Part shown: positions 36,777 to 46,236 of the stretch, piece after piece
How the letters are laid out: each line of letters begins with the position of its first letter
Position numbering within the stretch: position 1 is the first letter of the stretch
Position numbers and translations under genes: made by a program
From: Myxococcales bacterium
GTDB lineage: Bacteria > Myxococcota_A > Polyangia > Polyangiales > Polyangiaceae
Assembly: GCA_043747615.1 (NCBI GenBank)
Contig: JAYTOU010000086.1
Span: 8,191-72,190, forward strand
DNA: 64,000 nucleotides
Reading direction: 5' to 3'
The notes under the pieces: generated by a model
What the model was told of the DNA's origin: nothing
Database searches by the model: none
What the model saw: only the letters and a program-made list of their open reading frames with translations

Positions 36777-38399
36777 GTGACGAACGAGACCGCGCCGCCC
36801 GAGATCGACGGGGATGGTGAGCGGAAAAAGCTCGTGCGCCGCGCCGGCGTCGTCGGGGCGGGGACGCTCGCTTCACGTCTGCTCGGGCTCGGGCGCGACA
36901 TGTCGCTCGCCGCCATCTTTACGCGCGAAGAGACCGACGCCTTCTTCGTCGCGTTCACGATTCCAAACGCGCTCCGTCAGCTGCTTGGCGAAGGTGCCAT
37001 CTCGAGCGCCGTCGTGCCGGTGCTCTCGGCGAAATTGGCGACGGAGGGCGAGGAGCCGGCAAAGCTCTTTTTCTCGAAGATCCGAGGGGTCTCGCTCCTT
37101 GCTCTCGGCGTGGTCACCGCTCTCGGAGTGATCTTCGCACGCCAGCTCTGCGAGCTCTTTGCCGCCGGGTACCACGCGACGCCCGGCGAGTTCGAGCGAA
37201 CCGTGCAGCTTACACGCATCGTTTTCCCTTACATTTTTTTCATGGGGACGGCGGCGCTCGGTATGGCCGCGCTCAACGCCAAGCGGAAGTTCGCCGTGGC
37301 GGCGTTTGCTCCAGGCCTCCTCAACGTTGCGTTCCTCGCGGCGGCATTTCTTCTCCCCGCGCCCCTCGTCGCCCTCGGTGTGGATCGGGCCTATGCGCTC
37401 GGTGTGGGCGCGCTTTTAGGCGGTCTTTTGCAGGTGATCGCGCAGTGGCCAGCGCTTCGGGCGATCGGGTTTCTCCGCGCGCCGCGTCTCGACTTTCAGG
37501 ACCCCGGCGTACGAGACGTCCTTCGCCGCATCGCTCCCATGACCTTCGGCATCGGCGTCTACTACGTGGATCTGATCCTCTCGCGCCGGTTCCTGTCGGA
37601 GCTCGGTCCCGGAGCGCAGAGCTATTTTTCGTGGGCAATGCGGCTGTGCGATTTTCCGCAGGGCATCTTCGTGATGGCTCTCTCCACCGCCGCCCTCCCG
37701 TCACTCTCCGCGCTCGCCGCAACCGGCCAAACGAGCGAGCTCGCGAAGACCTACGCGCAGGGCCTGCGTTTGGCTCTTTTCGTGGCCATTCCGGCGAGCG
37801 TGGGGGTAGTGGTTCTCGCCGAGCCGATCGTCGTCGCTCTCTTTCAGCGTGGAGAGTTCGACGCGATCGCCGCCCACGAGACCGCACGCGCGCTCGTCTG
37901 GCAAGGCGGCGCGATCTGGACGGTGGCCGCCGTGCGCCAGCTCGTGCCCGTCTTCTATGCTCTTGGCGACACGCGGACGCCGGTGGTCGTCAGCGCGATC
38001 GATCTCGTCGCCTTCATCGCTCTCGCCGTATGTCTGCGCGGTCCTTTCGGGCACGTGGGGATCAGCGTGGCCGTCGCCGGCTCGAGCGCCGTGCAGATGC
38101 TGTTTCTCGCGATCGGCTTGAAAATACGCCTGGGAACGGTGCGCGCACGAGAAGTAGGAACCTCGGCGCTTCGCACGCTGGGAGCGTCGGCAGTGGCGGC
38201 GTCCGCAGGATGGGTCGTCGCGTGGGCCCTCCAAGGGTACTCTTCCGGTGGGGCCGTCGTCCGGGTGCTCCCGGGAGCGGCGGGCGCGATTGTGTTCGTC
38301 GTCGCGTTCTTCGTGGCCGCCTCCGCCTTCGGATCGGAGGAGCAAGCTTCGCTCGTCGCGGCCGTGCGTCGCCGCCTCACGCGCAGAGCGGCATCGTGA
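36777..38399 (+). CDS. murJ: Lipid II flippase MurJ (MviN)
   Basis: TLASRLLGLGRD, DAFFVAFTIPNALRQLLGEGA, LFQRGEF, FYALGDTRTP; multiple TMs. Confidence 0.95.
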   Translation: MTNETAPPEIDGDGERKKLVRRAGVVGAGTLASRLLGLGRDMSLAAIFTREETDAFFVAFTIPNALRQLLGEGAISSAVVPVLSAKLATEGEEPAKLFFSKIRGVSLLALGVVTALGVIFARQLCELFAAGYHATPGEFERTVQLTRIVFPYIFFMGTAALGMAALNAKRKFAVAAFAPGLLNVAFLAAAFLLPAPLVALGVDRAYALGVGALLGGLLQVIAQWPALRAIGFLRAPRLDFQDPGVRDVLRRIAPMTFGIGVYYVDLILSRRFLSELGPGAQSYFSWAMRLCDFPQGIFVMALSTAALPSLSALAATGQTSELAKTYAQGLRLALFVAIPASVGVVVLAEPIVVALFQRGEFDAIAAHETARALVWQGGAIWTVAAVRQLVPVFYALGDTRTPVVVSAIDLVAFIALAVCLRGPFGHVGISVAVAGSSAVQMLFLAIGLKIRLGTVRAREVGTSALRTLGASAVAASAGWVVAWALQGYSSGGAVVRVLPGAAGAIVFVVAFFVAASAFGSEEQASLVAAVRRRLTRRAAS

Positions 38400-38418
38400 T
38401 AGAGGTTGCCCCAAACCG

Positions 38419-39063
38419 ATGAAACAGACTTCCGAGGTCGACACAGAGTTTCGAATCGCCACCGCCGAGTTTGAGTCGGGCGCGACCGACGTGAAGAAGC
38501 TTCCCGCGCCGACCCTCCCCGAGGTGGCGTTTGCAGGGCGCTCGAACGTAGGGAAATCAAGCCTTTTGAACGCTCTCGTGCAGCGGCGAAACCTGGTCCG
38601 CACGAGCCGCACCCCCGGCTGCACGCGTCAGATCAACGTCTTCGCCGTCGACGTCGCCAAGCGAAGCAAGGTGCTCCTCGTCGATCTCCCCGGCTACGGT
38701 TACGCCAAACGCGCAAAGTCCGAGAAAGGCGCCTGGGGCCCGATGCTCGAGAACTACTTGACGCACCGAGAGACGCTGCGCGCGCTCGTCATTCTCGTCG
38801 ACGTTCGCCGTGGTCTGGAAGAGGACGACGAGCAGCTCGTGAGCTTCATGCACGGCGCGAACGACAAGACGATCGTTATCGTCGTTGCCACCAAGCTCGA
38901 CAAGCTCCCCCGCTCGGCTCAGAAGCCCGCGCTCGACAAGCTCCGCAACGCCTCGACCCGTCGCTCCGTGATCGGATTCAGCTCCGTCACGAACGAGGGA
39001 CGCGAGCTCCTCTGGCGTCAAATCTGGGAAGCGGTCAGCAGTCCGGAGCCTCCCGCCGCCTGA
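38419..39063 (+). CDS. engB: Ribosome biogenesis GTPase YihA/YsxC (EngB)
   Basis: PEVAFAGRSNVGKSSLLN, SRTPGCT, VDLPGYGYAK, TKLDK. Confidence 0.94.
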   Translation: MKQTSEVDTEFRIATAEFESGATDVKKLPAPTLPEVAFAGRSNVGKSSLLNALVQRRNLVRTSRTPGCTRQINVFAVDVAKRSKVLLVDLPGYGYAKRAKSEKGAWGPMLENYLTHRETLRALVILVDVRRGLEEDDEQLVSFMHGANDKTIVIVVATKLDKLPRSAQKPALDKLRNASTRRSVIGFSSVTNEGRELLWRQIWEAVSSPEPPAA

Positions 39064-39140
39064 GGCTCCTTCACGGGAATTTACTTTTCTTAACGAGCGT
39101 TCCCTCGGCGGCGTGGCTTTAATGATCCGTGGAGGCACAA

Positions 39141-40010
39141 ATGAAACGAGTGATCACGAGGCGGTCTGCAACCATTCTCCGCGCTCTTGCCCTGGGTGCT
39201 TCGCTGTCAGTCCTCGCCGCGTGCGGAAGTACCACGTCCGCCGAAGCGCCTGCCGCAACGGCCCAAAGTGCAGCATCGAAGGCCCCGATCGGCGTCGGTA
39301 CACACGGTCCGGTGAAGGTGGTCGGCGAGGCGCTCGGTGAGGTCCCCCTGCGTCCCGAGCAGCGCTCGGAGATAGAGAAGCTCGCGGCGGCCTCCGAAGC
39401 GCGTCACGCTTCCGCGAAAACGGCGCACAGGGATCTGACCCTAGCCATCGCCGCGCAAGTCGAGAAGGGCTCGATCGATCGCGCCTCACTGAAGCCTCAG
39501 ATCGACGCCGCCACCGCCGCGTGGGAAAGCTCGCGACCCGCAGATCGCGCCGCGCTCGAGCAGCTCCACGCTATTCTCGATCCGCAGCAGCGTAGCGTCT
39601 TCATCCTCGCGATCGAGGCGAAGATGCATCCCCACGCCGCGGGAGGCACCGACGAGCACCCGTACCGTGGGCACATGGAAGAGTGGACGACGGATCTAAA
39701 GCTGACCGACGAGCAGAAGACCCAGATTCGCGCGGCGCTCATGACCGCGTTCGGCGGCGAGCACCACGGCGAGCATCACGAGGCCAAGGAGCACGGCCGC
39801 AAGGCGCTCGAGGCCTTCAAGGGCGAGAACTTCTCTCTCGACGACGTGGCGCCAGTCGCCGATGCGCGGGCAAAAGTAGGCGATGCGAGTGACAAGTTCT
39901 TGAAGGGGGTGGAGGTCGTTCTGCCTATCCTCACTCCGGAGCAGCGCGCCATCGCAGCAACGAAGCTCCGCGCGCACGCGGCCGAAACCGAAGAGAACGC
40001 CCCGCACTGA
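39141..40010 (+). CDS. Spy/CpxP-like (LTxxQ) lipoprotein, tandem domains
   Basis: Lipobox LAAC; LRPEQ, LDPQQR, LTDEQK, LTPEQR motifs; His-rich linkers; GGAGG RBS. Confidence 0.75.
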   Translation: MKRVITRRSATILRALALGASLSVLAACGSTTSAEAPAATAQSAASKAPIGVGTHGPVKVVGEALGEVPLRPEQRSEIEKLAAASEARHASAKTAHRDLTLAIAAQVEKGSIDRASLKPQIDAATAAWESSRPADRAALEQLHAILDPQQRSVFILAIEAKMHPHAAGGTDEHPYRGHMEEWTTDLKLTDEQKTQIRAALMTAFGGEHHGEHHEAKEHGRKALEAFKGENFSLDDVAPVADARAKVGDASDKFLKGVEVVLPILTPEQRAIAATKLRAHAAETEENAPH

Positions 40011-40013
40011 GTC

Positions 40014-41153
40014 TCAGGCTTCGGCGACGCTGTCCTCGTTGCCGGCTTCTTTCGCAACGTCAGCCACGTCCACCGTTGGCGCTGTGGCCCGCTCCGGTGA
40101 GAGCTCGATCTCTTCGAAGGCCGAGCCGCGGGGCTCATCAAGCTCGCCGTCGTCTTGCTTGAACTCTGCTCGAATGCGCCCGGCGATGAAGAGCACCGGA
40201 AACGACGCGAAGAGCCCGATGAAGCCAAGGAGGTGCTCCCATGCGATCAGGCTCAGAATCAAGATGAATCCGGGCAGGTGCACATGCCGCGCGGTGAGGC
40301 GAGGGTTCAAGTAGTAGGACTCGATCTTGTGGAGGATGACGGTGAGCGCCGTGAAGATTCCCACGCCGAACCAGCCCTTGGCTTGGAACGCGAGGAGCGA
40401 CAGCACGGTGCCAGACACGATGTTTCCGATCACCGGAACGAGCCCCGAGACGAAGATGAGGACCATCAGCGGCGCGACGTGGTGGATCCCCAGAAGAAGG
40501 AGCACGGGAAGGGTCATCACCGTGTTGCACGCGGCGACGATGAACTGAAGTTGCACCGTGACCACGACGGCGTCGGCCAGATGCCCGAGCCATCGGATGA
40601 TCGTGCCGTGGAGGGAGCGCGCGTCGATCTTGCGATGGAATTCCTTCAGGTGATCGTGCTCGAGCAAGAAGACGACGGCGAGAATGAGCCCGATGGTCGC
40701 GTAGACCACGATGTGTCCGATGGCCGATGCGTAGCCGAGCGCGCTCCCTGCGTAGTGCTTCGCTCCTTCGACGACGTGATCGGTGTCCCCGAGCTGCTCC
40801 CGGATCCGGAGGTACAGCGGATTGTCGCGGACCGCGCTGATTCGCTCGGGAAACGTGTGCCGCATCATTTGCACTTCGCGCACGAGGCTCCCAATGCCCA
40901 GAAACGCGCTGACCCCGAGGGCGGCGGCGACCGCGGCGATCACCACCAGAACGGACGCCTTCCGACCGAGCGCCGTGCGCGAGCTGATGAAAACCGACGC
41001 CGCACCGATCGCACGCTCGAAGGCCACGAAGAACACGAGCAACGGCAACAGATGCCGGAAGAGGAGGATCAGTCCAACGAAGACCGAGAGCGCGAGAAAG
41101 CGATGCGGAAGCTTCTCGTGGAGAAAGGCGCTGACGCGATCGTGTTCGATCAT
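40014..41153 (-). CDS. AI-2E family transporter
   Basis: Multi-TM; GLVPVIGN and HKIESYYLNPRL...VHLP motifs. Confidence 0.85.
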   Translation of the reverse strand: MIEHDRVSAFLHEKLPHRFLALSVFVGLILLFRHLLPLLVFFVAFERAIGAASVFISSRTALGRKASVLVVIAAVAAALGVSAFLGIGSLVREVQMMRHTFPERISAVRDNPLYLRIREQLGDTDHVVEGAKHYAGSALGYASAIGHIVVYATIGLILAVVFLLEHDHLKEFHRKIDARSLHGTIIRWLGHLADAVVVTVQLQFIVAACNTVMTLPVLLLLGIHHVAPLMVLIFVSGLVPVIGNIVSGTVLSLLAFQAKGWFGVGIFTALTVILHKIESYYLNPRLTARHVHLPGFILILSLIAWEHLLGFIGLFASFPVLFIAGRIRAEFKQDDGELDEPRGSAFEEIELSPERATAPTVDVADVAKEAGNEDSVAEA

Positions 41154-41324
41154 GAGGGCTCCGGGGGTAGCTCAAGTCTCCGAGGAGCACCAGCGGGCTC
41201 GGTCGTCGCGTAGACCGCGATCGTGACTTGCCGATCACACCGGTAACCGTTTACGCACCCACTGAAACGCTGCAAAACAGTCCCCTTGGGCGGTGGCACG
41301 GGACGTGGATTGTAAGTCACACTG

Positions 41325-41810
41325 ATGCAGTACAGCACCGCCTCGGTAGCCTTTTTTTTCGCCGCAATTCTCTCTGCCTGCGGCTCCTCCGACACCGCGT
41401 CGGGCGCCCCTCCCTTTGAGCCCGCCCTCAGGCAGCCGGTGAACACGGCGACGGCGCGATGCGAGCAAGTGGCCGGCGCTCCTCAGCCCTTCGAGACGAG
41501 GGAGGCCTTCGTCGCCGCCACGAACGGACGATGGATCTTCTGCAGCGGACATCGAAGCTTTGACACGGGCGTCGTCGGCTTCGAGATCGTGGGCGGCGAA
41601 GAATATTTCGCGCTGCGAACGGACTTCAGCGGCAACGTGATCCGCGGCGCGCAGCCGAGCGATCGCGGTCGCGTCACGGTCAGCGCCGGAGCAAGCGGCG
41701 TCAGCCTCGCCCTCGACGCGAACGGCGGACCGGCGACGCTGACCACGTCACCGAAGCGCTTGACGCTCGTGCTCCGCGAAGGCGACGCGGAGTACGCCGC
41801 GAGCCCGTAG
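41325..41810 (+). CDS. Hypothetical lipoprotein
   Basis: Lipobox ILSAC; beta-rich small domain (GRWIFC); consistent codon usage. Confidence 0.65.
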   Translation: MQYSTASVAFFFAAILSACGSSDTASGAPPFEPALRQPVNTATARCEQVAGAPQPFETREAFVAATNGRWIFCSGHRSFDTGVVGFEIVGGEEYFALRTDFSGNVIRGAQPSDRGRVTVSAGASGVSLALDANGGPATLTTSPKRLTLVLREGDAEYAASP

Positions 41811-41826
41811 AAGTAGCTCGACTGAC

Positions 41827-43131
41827 TTAGTCGCGGGCGTCGACGCCGCTGTCTTTGAATGGCCCGGTGGAACCGGTGGACGGGGCTCCGCTGTCGGCGA
41901 CGGGAGCGTCGAAGGTGCCCGTGGCCTCGGATAGAACGCCCGCCTGCCAGTACGAGCCCGCCCGCCGAACCGTCGGGTCGCACGTCTCGCGCATGAGCGC
42001 TGCGTTCCTGAACGTGCGAACACAAAGAACGGGCGCGCCTTGGAAGCGATCGTCGATGTAGCGTGCGCCGATCGCGAAGCGTCCAGGTGGATCGGCGTGA
42101 AGTCGCATCAGGGTGTTCGCCCCGTGAGTCTCGAGCTCGCACCACGCGGGGCGCTCCTTGGCGTCCCCAAAACAGTCGACCCAGGCCGCGCGTCCGTTCG
42201 CAGGCATCTCGAGCGCGTGCAGCTCGACGCGCGGAAATGTCGAGGGGTCGTCGCTGCCGTCGAACTTCGACCAGAACAGCTCGACGTACGTGTCGCGCGT
42301 GGCGGGAACGGCATCGACCACCGCGGTGCCGCCGCCTTTGCGGCCCTGATCCTCGGTGAGCTCGAGGCGAATCACGTAGCGTCCGAGCGAGTCGATCGGA
42401 AATCGCACGCGCATGCCGGTGCCGTCGAAGGTGAGCTTGGCCGCGGAGCCCTTGGGGATCTCGCTCATCATCACGGACTGATCGACGATGTTGCTCGACC
42501 ACGCTTCGTTTTGTGCTTGGCACTCCACCTGATCCCCGAGCTGCACGCTCCCGCGCACAGCCCATTTCGGGGACGACGAGGAACGGCACACGACGCCACC
42601 TTTGGGCCCGCCGCCGTCGCACGCCACGCCTCGCTCAGTGTCGGCGTGGATATGAAGGGGTTTGTCGCTGCGGGCGAGCGACACCATGTCGAACGGTGGA
42701 GACGCGCCCTTCAGCTTTGGACACCCTTCGCCCGCCCCGGTCTGCATCGCGTAGACGTGGATCGCGTCTTCCGAGCGAATGACCTTCGTCACTTGGAGCG
42801 AGGTGACGTCCACCGATCCGGCGTATCCGGCGAGCACCATCGTGCGATTGAAGTCAACGTTCGGCGGCAGCGGACGGCTCGGAAAATCGGCGAACAACAG
42901 AGCCCAGTCCTCTTCGCTCCGGATCGCATACCAGCCTGCGGCAAGCCCGGCGTGGACCGGCTTGGCGATTCGCGCGATGTCGACGTTCTCGCCGATGTCG
43001 ACCTCCGCCGGCTGACCAAGCCGTCCGGGGTGAACGAACAGTGGGGGCGGTCCGTGACACGCGGACAACAACGCGAAGGACGCGCCTGCGCCCGCAAGGA
43101 TCGTCGCCGCCAAGACCGAGCTGTGTTTCAC
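41827..43131 (-). CDS. Lipoprotein with PrcB C-terminal-like domain plus Ig-like and further C-terminal domains
   Basis: Lipobox LSAC; IRSEEDW...VDFNRTMVL...GC...PFDMV resembles PrcB_C; GRYVIRLELT; YVELFW. Confidence 0.65.
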   Translation of the reverse strand: MKHSSVLAATILAGAGASFALLSACHGPPPLFVHPGRLGQPAEVDIGENVDIARIAKPVHAGLAAGWYAIRSEEDWALLFADFPSRPLPPNVDFNRTMVLAGYAGSVDVTSLQVTKVIRSEDAIHVYAMQTGAGEGCPKLKGASPPFDMVSLARSDKPLHIHADTERGVACDGGGPKGGVVCRSSSSPKWAVRGSVQLGDQVECQAQNEAWSSNIVDQSVMMSEIPKGSAAKLTFDGTGMRVRFPIDSLGRYVIRLELTEDQGRKGGGTAVVDAVPATRDTYVELFWSKFDGSDDPSTFPRVELHALEMPANGRAAWVDCFGDAKERPAWCELETHGANTLMRLHADPPGRFAIGARYIDDRFQGAPVLCVRTFRNAALMRETCDPTVRRAGSYWQAGVLSEATGTFDAPVADSGAPSTGSTGPFKDSGVDARD

Positions 43132-43243
43132 GCGGGCAGGATACCGCTTGCGCTCGAAACCAGACAACGAAACGCCGGTTTTGGGTGCGTTTTGCCGCTC
43201 CGCGCACCGCGGCGGCGCCTGACGATCGTGTTACACTTTTACC

Positions 43244-44587
43244 ATGCTCACTAGGTTCCCTCTCTTCTTCGCGCTTGCCGCCTTGCCACTTCCGTTCGTC
43301 GTGGGCTGCGGCTCGAATAACCCGGCTGCTCCCGATGGAGACGCAGGCACCGCCGAGGGTGGGAACGCCGAAGGGGGAGGGGGTGACGCCGGTGCGGACG
43401 GAGCAGCGCCGCCATCGTCGAACATCAAGCACGTGGTGATCATCATCCAGGAAAACCACACCTTCGACAGCTACTTCGGGACGTATTGCACCGCACCGAC
43501 AGGCTCCAATCCCACGTGCACGGCGGGACCGGCCTGCTGCGAAGCGGCGCCCGCCACGCTCCCGAACGACGGCGGCGCGCCCACGGTGCTCAACGACACC
43601 GAAAATACCGCGCGCGATCCGGATCACACCCAGGCCACGGAGCTCACGGAGATGAACGGCGGCGCGATGGACAGGTACCTCCCGCGTAACGTCGCCTATG
43701 CCGATCCCGCCATCGTCGCCCCCTACCGCGCGTACGCCGGGATGTACGCCCTCGCCGACCGCTACTTCCAACCCGTCGTCGGGCAAAGCTCATCGAACGA
43801 CATGTATTTCGCGCGCGCCAAATTCGTCTTCCTCGACAACACGGCTACGCCAGATGGCGTCTCCGCGCGATGCAACAACGGGGCAACGCCGACGACGTAC
43901 ACTGACAACACCATCGCCGACTTCCTCAACGCTGGTGGAGTCTCCTGGGGCTTTTACGCCGAGGGCTACCAGGCCGCAGTCGCCGCGAATCCCGGAGGGG
44001 GATGCCCTACGCCGCCCGCGGACTGCCCGCTTGGCATCGCGAGCTACCCCTGCATCTATGATCCGGGCGACGACCCGTTTGCCTACTATCCGGCCACCCG
44101 AGACAACGCGGCTTACATGCACGACTACGGACAGCTCGCGACGGACCTCGCAGGAACGCTCCCCGCCGTGAGCTACGTCAAGGCCATTGGCTACAAAACG
44201 GAGCATCCCCGCTCGCCCATCAGCCCCGGCGTCAGCTTCGTGACGGCGACGGTCAGCGCCATCCAGGCTTCGAAGTACGCGGCCGACACGCTCGTGATCC
44301 TCACCTACGACGAGGGTGGGGGCTACTTCGATCACGTCACGCCCCCCGCGACGAGCCCGATCGACATGCAGCCTTACGGCACGCGCGTCCCGTTTATCGC
44401 CATCGGCAAATTTGCGAAGGCGAACTTCGTGAGCCACCTGACGATGGAGCACTCGTCGGTCGTGAAGTTCATCGAGTGGAACTTCCTCGGCAAGAAGACC
44501 GGCCAGCTCGGCAACCGTGACACGACGGTGAACAACCTCGGCAGCCTGCTCGACCCCTCACAAACGGGTACCGCCGTTCCGGAGTGA
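43244..44587 (+). CDS. Phosphoesterase (phospholipase C / acid phosphatase family) lipoprotein
   Basis: Lipobox VVGC; IKHVVIIIQENHTFDSYFG, DPDH, EHP, TYDEGGGYFDHV.PP, YGTRVP. Confidence 0.9.
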   Translation: MLTRFPLFFALAALPLPFVVGCGSNNPAAPDGDAGTAEGGNAEGGGGDAGADGAAPPSSNIKHVVIIIQENHTFDSYFGTYCTAPTGSNPTCTAGPACCEAAPATLPNDGGAPTVLNDTENTARDPDHTQATELTEMNGGAMDRYLPRNVAYADPAIVAPYRAYAGMYALADRYFQPVVGQSSSNDMYFARAKFVFLDNTATPDGVSARCNNGATPTTYTDNTIADFLNAGGVSWGFYAEGYQAAVAANPGGGCPTPPADCPLGIASYPCIYDPGDDPFAYYPATRDNAAYMHDYGQLATDLAGTLPAVSYVKAIGYKTEHPRSPISPGVSFVTATVSAIQASKYAADTLVILTYDEGGGYFDHVTPPATSPIDMQPYGTRVPFIAIGKFAKANFVSHLTMEHSSVVKFIEWNFLGKKTGQLGNRDTTVNNLGSLLDPSQTGTAVPE

Positions 44588-44635
44588 CGACGCGAGGCCT
44601 TCGCGAGAACGGTCTCGCGCTGGAGACGTCGCGCT

Positions 44636-45622
44636 CTATGCCGCCGCCACGTCCCCGTCGCCCGAACGTTCGGTGTGGTCGCGACCTGCGTTCTTCGCGC
44701 GATAGAGGGCAGCGTCGGCGCGTGCCACGAGGCGGGTCGATGCAAATTGTTCGTCGCTCCGCGCGGCCGTCACGCCTGCGCTGAACTTGACAGGGCGGTA
44801 GGTTCCGTTCGTGAATTCGAAGGGATTTGCAGCCAGCTGGGTGCGCAGCCGCTCGCTCACTTCCATGGCTCGATCGGCATCACAGCGGTTGAGGAGAATC
44901 ACGAACTCCTCACCGCCGTAGCGGAAGGCGACGTCTTCGCTCCGCAGTACCGACTTGATGGCTTCCGCGAAGTGCACGAGGACTCGGTCGCCCTCTTCGT
45001 GCCCGTGGGCATCGTTGACTCGCTTGAAGTGGTCGATGTCGATCATGACCACGGAGTACGCCTCGTTGCGGCGCTTGGCCGAGGCCGTTGCTTCGGCGAG
45101 CCGCAGGTCGAAGTGGCGGCGATTGAAGAGGCCGGTGAGCACGTCGACGGTGGCGTGGAGCTCCGCGAAATTCAATTCGCGGCGGAGCCTGCGCTCGTTG
45201 CGTGCGCGTTCGACGGCGCCCCGTAGCTTGGCTACGAGAACCGACGGTGAGCAAGGCTTGGTGATGTAGTCGATGGCGCCGGTGTCAACGCCGTGAACGA
45301 TATCCGCGTCGCTCGTTGCTCCTCCCGTGAGGAAGATGACCGGGATGTTCGCCGTCGCGGGGCGGCTCATGAGCGTGCGAAGGACCTCGAATCCGTCCAT
45401 GCGCGGCATGTTCACATCCAGAACGATGGCGTCGATCACGTCGGCGCGCTCCGTCGCAATCTGGATGGCTTCCTCGCCATTCAAGGCGGGGAAGCAATTG
45501 AAGCCGCTCCGCTCGAGGGCGTGGATGGCGAGCATTCGACCATCGTCGTTGTCGTCCACGACGAGCACGGTGCCTGCGGCTTGCCGGACGCCACTCGTCA
45601 ACTTTGCCGATTCAATTGCCAT
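44636..45622 (-). CDS. REC-GGDEF diguanylate cyclase (WspR/PleD-like)
   Basis: REC (VDDND, LDVNMP..DG, KP); DVLTGLFNRR, DIDHFK.VND.HGH..GD, I-site RSED, RYGGEEF, ADAALY.AK..GR. Confidence 0.93.
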   Translation of the reverse strand: MAIESAKLTSGVRQAAGTVLVVDDNDDGRMLAIHALERSGFNCFPALNGEEAIQIATERADVIDAIVLDVNMPRMDGFEVLRTLMSRPATANIPVIFLTGGATSDADIVHGVDTGAIDYITKPCSPSVLVAKLRGAVERARNERRLRRELNFAELHATVDVLTGLFNRRHFDLRLAEATASAKRRNEAYSVVMIDIDHFKRVNDAHGHEEGDRVLVHFAEAIKSVLRSEDVAFRYGGEEFVILLNRCDADRAMEVSERLRTQLAANPFEFTNGTYRPVKFSAGVTAARSDEQFASTRLVARADAALYRAKNAGRDHTERSGDGDVAAA

Positions 45623-45640
45623 GGTCCTAGCCGCACCTCA

Positions 45641-45657
45641 TGCAAGGGAGCGACCAA
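45641..45657 (-). promoter_or_regulatory. Candidate sigma-54 (-24/-12) promoter of the diguanylate cyclase
   Basis: Minus strand reads TTGGTCGCTCCCTTGCA (GG-N10-GC with TTGC), about 20 nt upstream of the ATG. Confidence 0.35.
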
Positions 45658-45813
45658 CCCGCTCGCTGCTATGCCTCCGGGAGGACTCCCCGATGAAAAT
45701 GCCGCAATTTCGAGCCTCCACGCACCCAAACCTACACGAGCTTACTGTGGCAAAGTTCAACGAGGTGAGGCCCAGCTGCGCAGTTGCACAGGCGACTGCT
45801 ACGTTGGCGACGC

Positions 45814-46236
45814 ATGATGGAAAACGAAGAGGTCCTCTTTCAGGGTCGACCAAGCTGGAGAGCGTGGGCGGGGCTGTGGATCTGGGGATGGATCCTTTTG
45901 CCGGTGCTGATCGGCGGGGTGCTCTTGCTGATGGTCGAGGCCCGCAAGCGGCAGGTCGCCTGGAAGATCACGTCCCGGCGAATCGAGGTGGAGCGCGGTT
46001 GGCTGTCGAAGCAGGTCGACACTCTCGAGCTCTGGCGAATCCGCGACGTAGAATTCAACCAGAGCCTGACCGATCGCATGTTCGGTGTGTCGCGCCTCAC
46101 CATCACCGCACACGACGGGCAAAGCCCGGTGATGGACGTCCGCGGCCTTCCAGCCGATCGCGCGCTCTACGATCGCCTCATGAGCGCCGTCATGAACGCG
46201 CGGCAGCAGCGCGGGGTACTGAACCTGAATCCATAA
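45814..46236 (+). CDS. Bacterial PH-domain (bPH_2) membrane protein
   Basis: GRPSW, TM segment, WKITSRRIEVERGWLSK...LWRIRDV...QSLTDRMFGV. Confidence 0.82.
   Translation: MMENEEVLFQGRPSWRAWAGLWIWGWILLPVLIGGVLLLMVEARKRQVAWKITSRRIEVERGWLSKQVDTLELWRIRDVEFNQSLTDRMFGVSRLTITAHDGQSPVMDVRGLPADRALYDRLMSAVMNARQQRGVLNLNP

Noticed and set aside
41294..41310. Sigma-54 promoter TGGCACG upstream of the 41325 lipoprotein
   Set aside because: Good -24 element, but the -12 position reads GTGG rather than TTGC.
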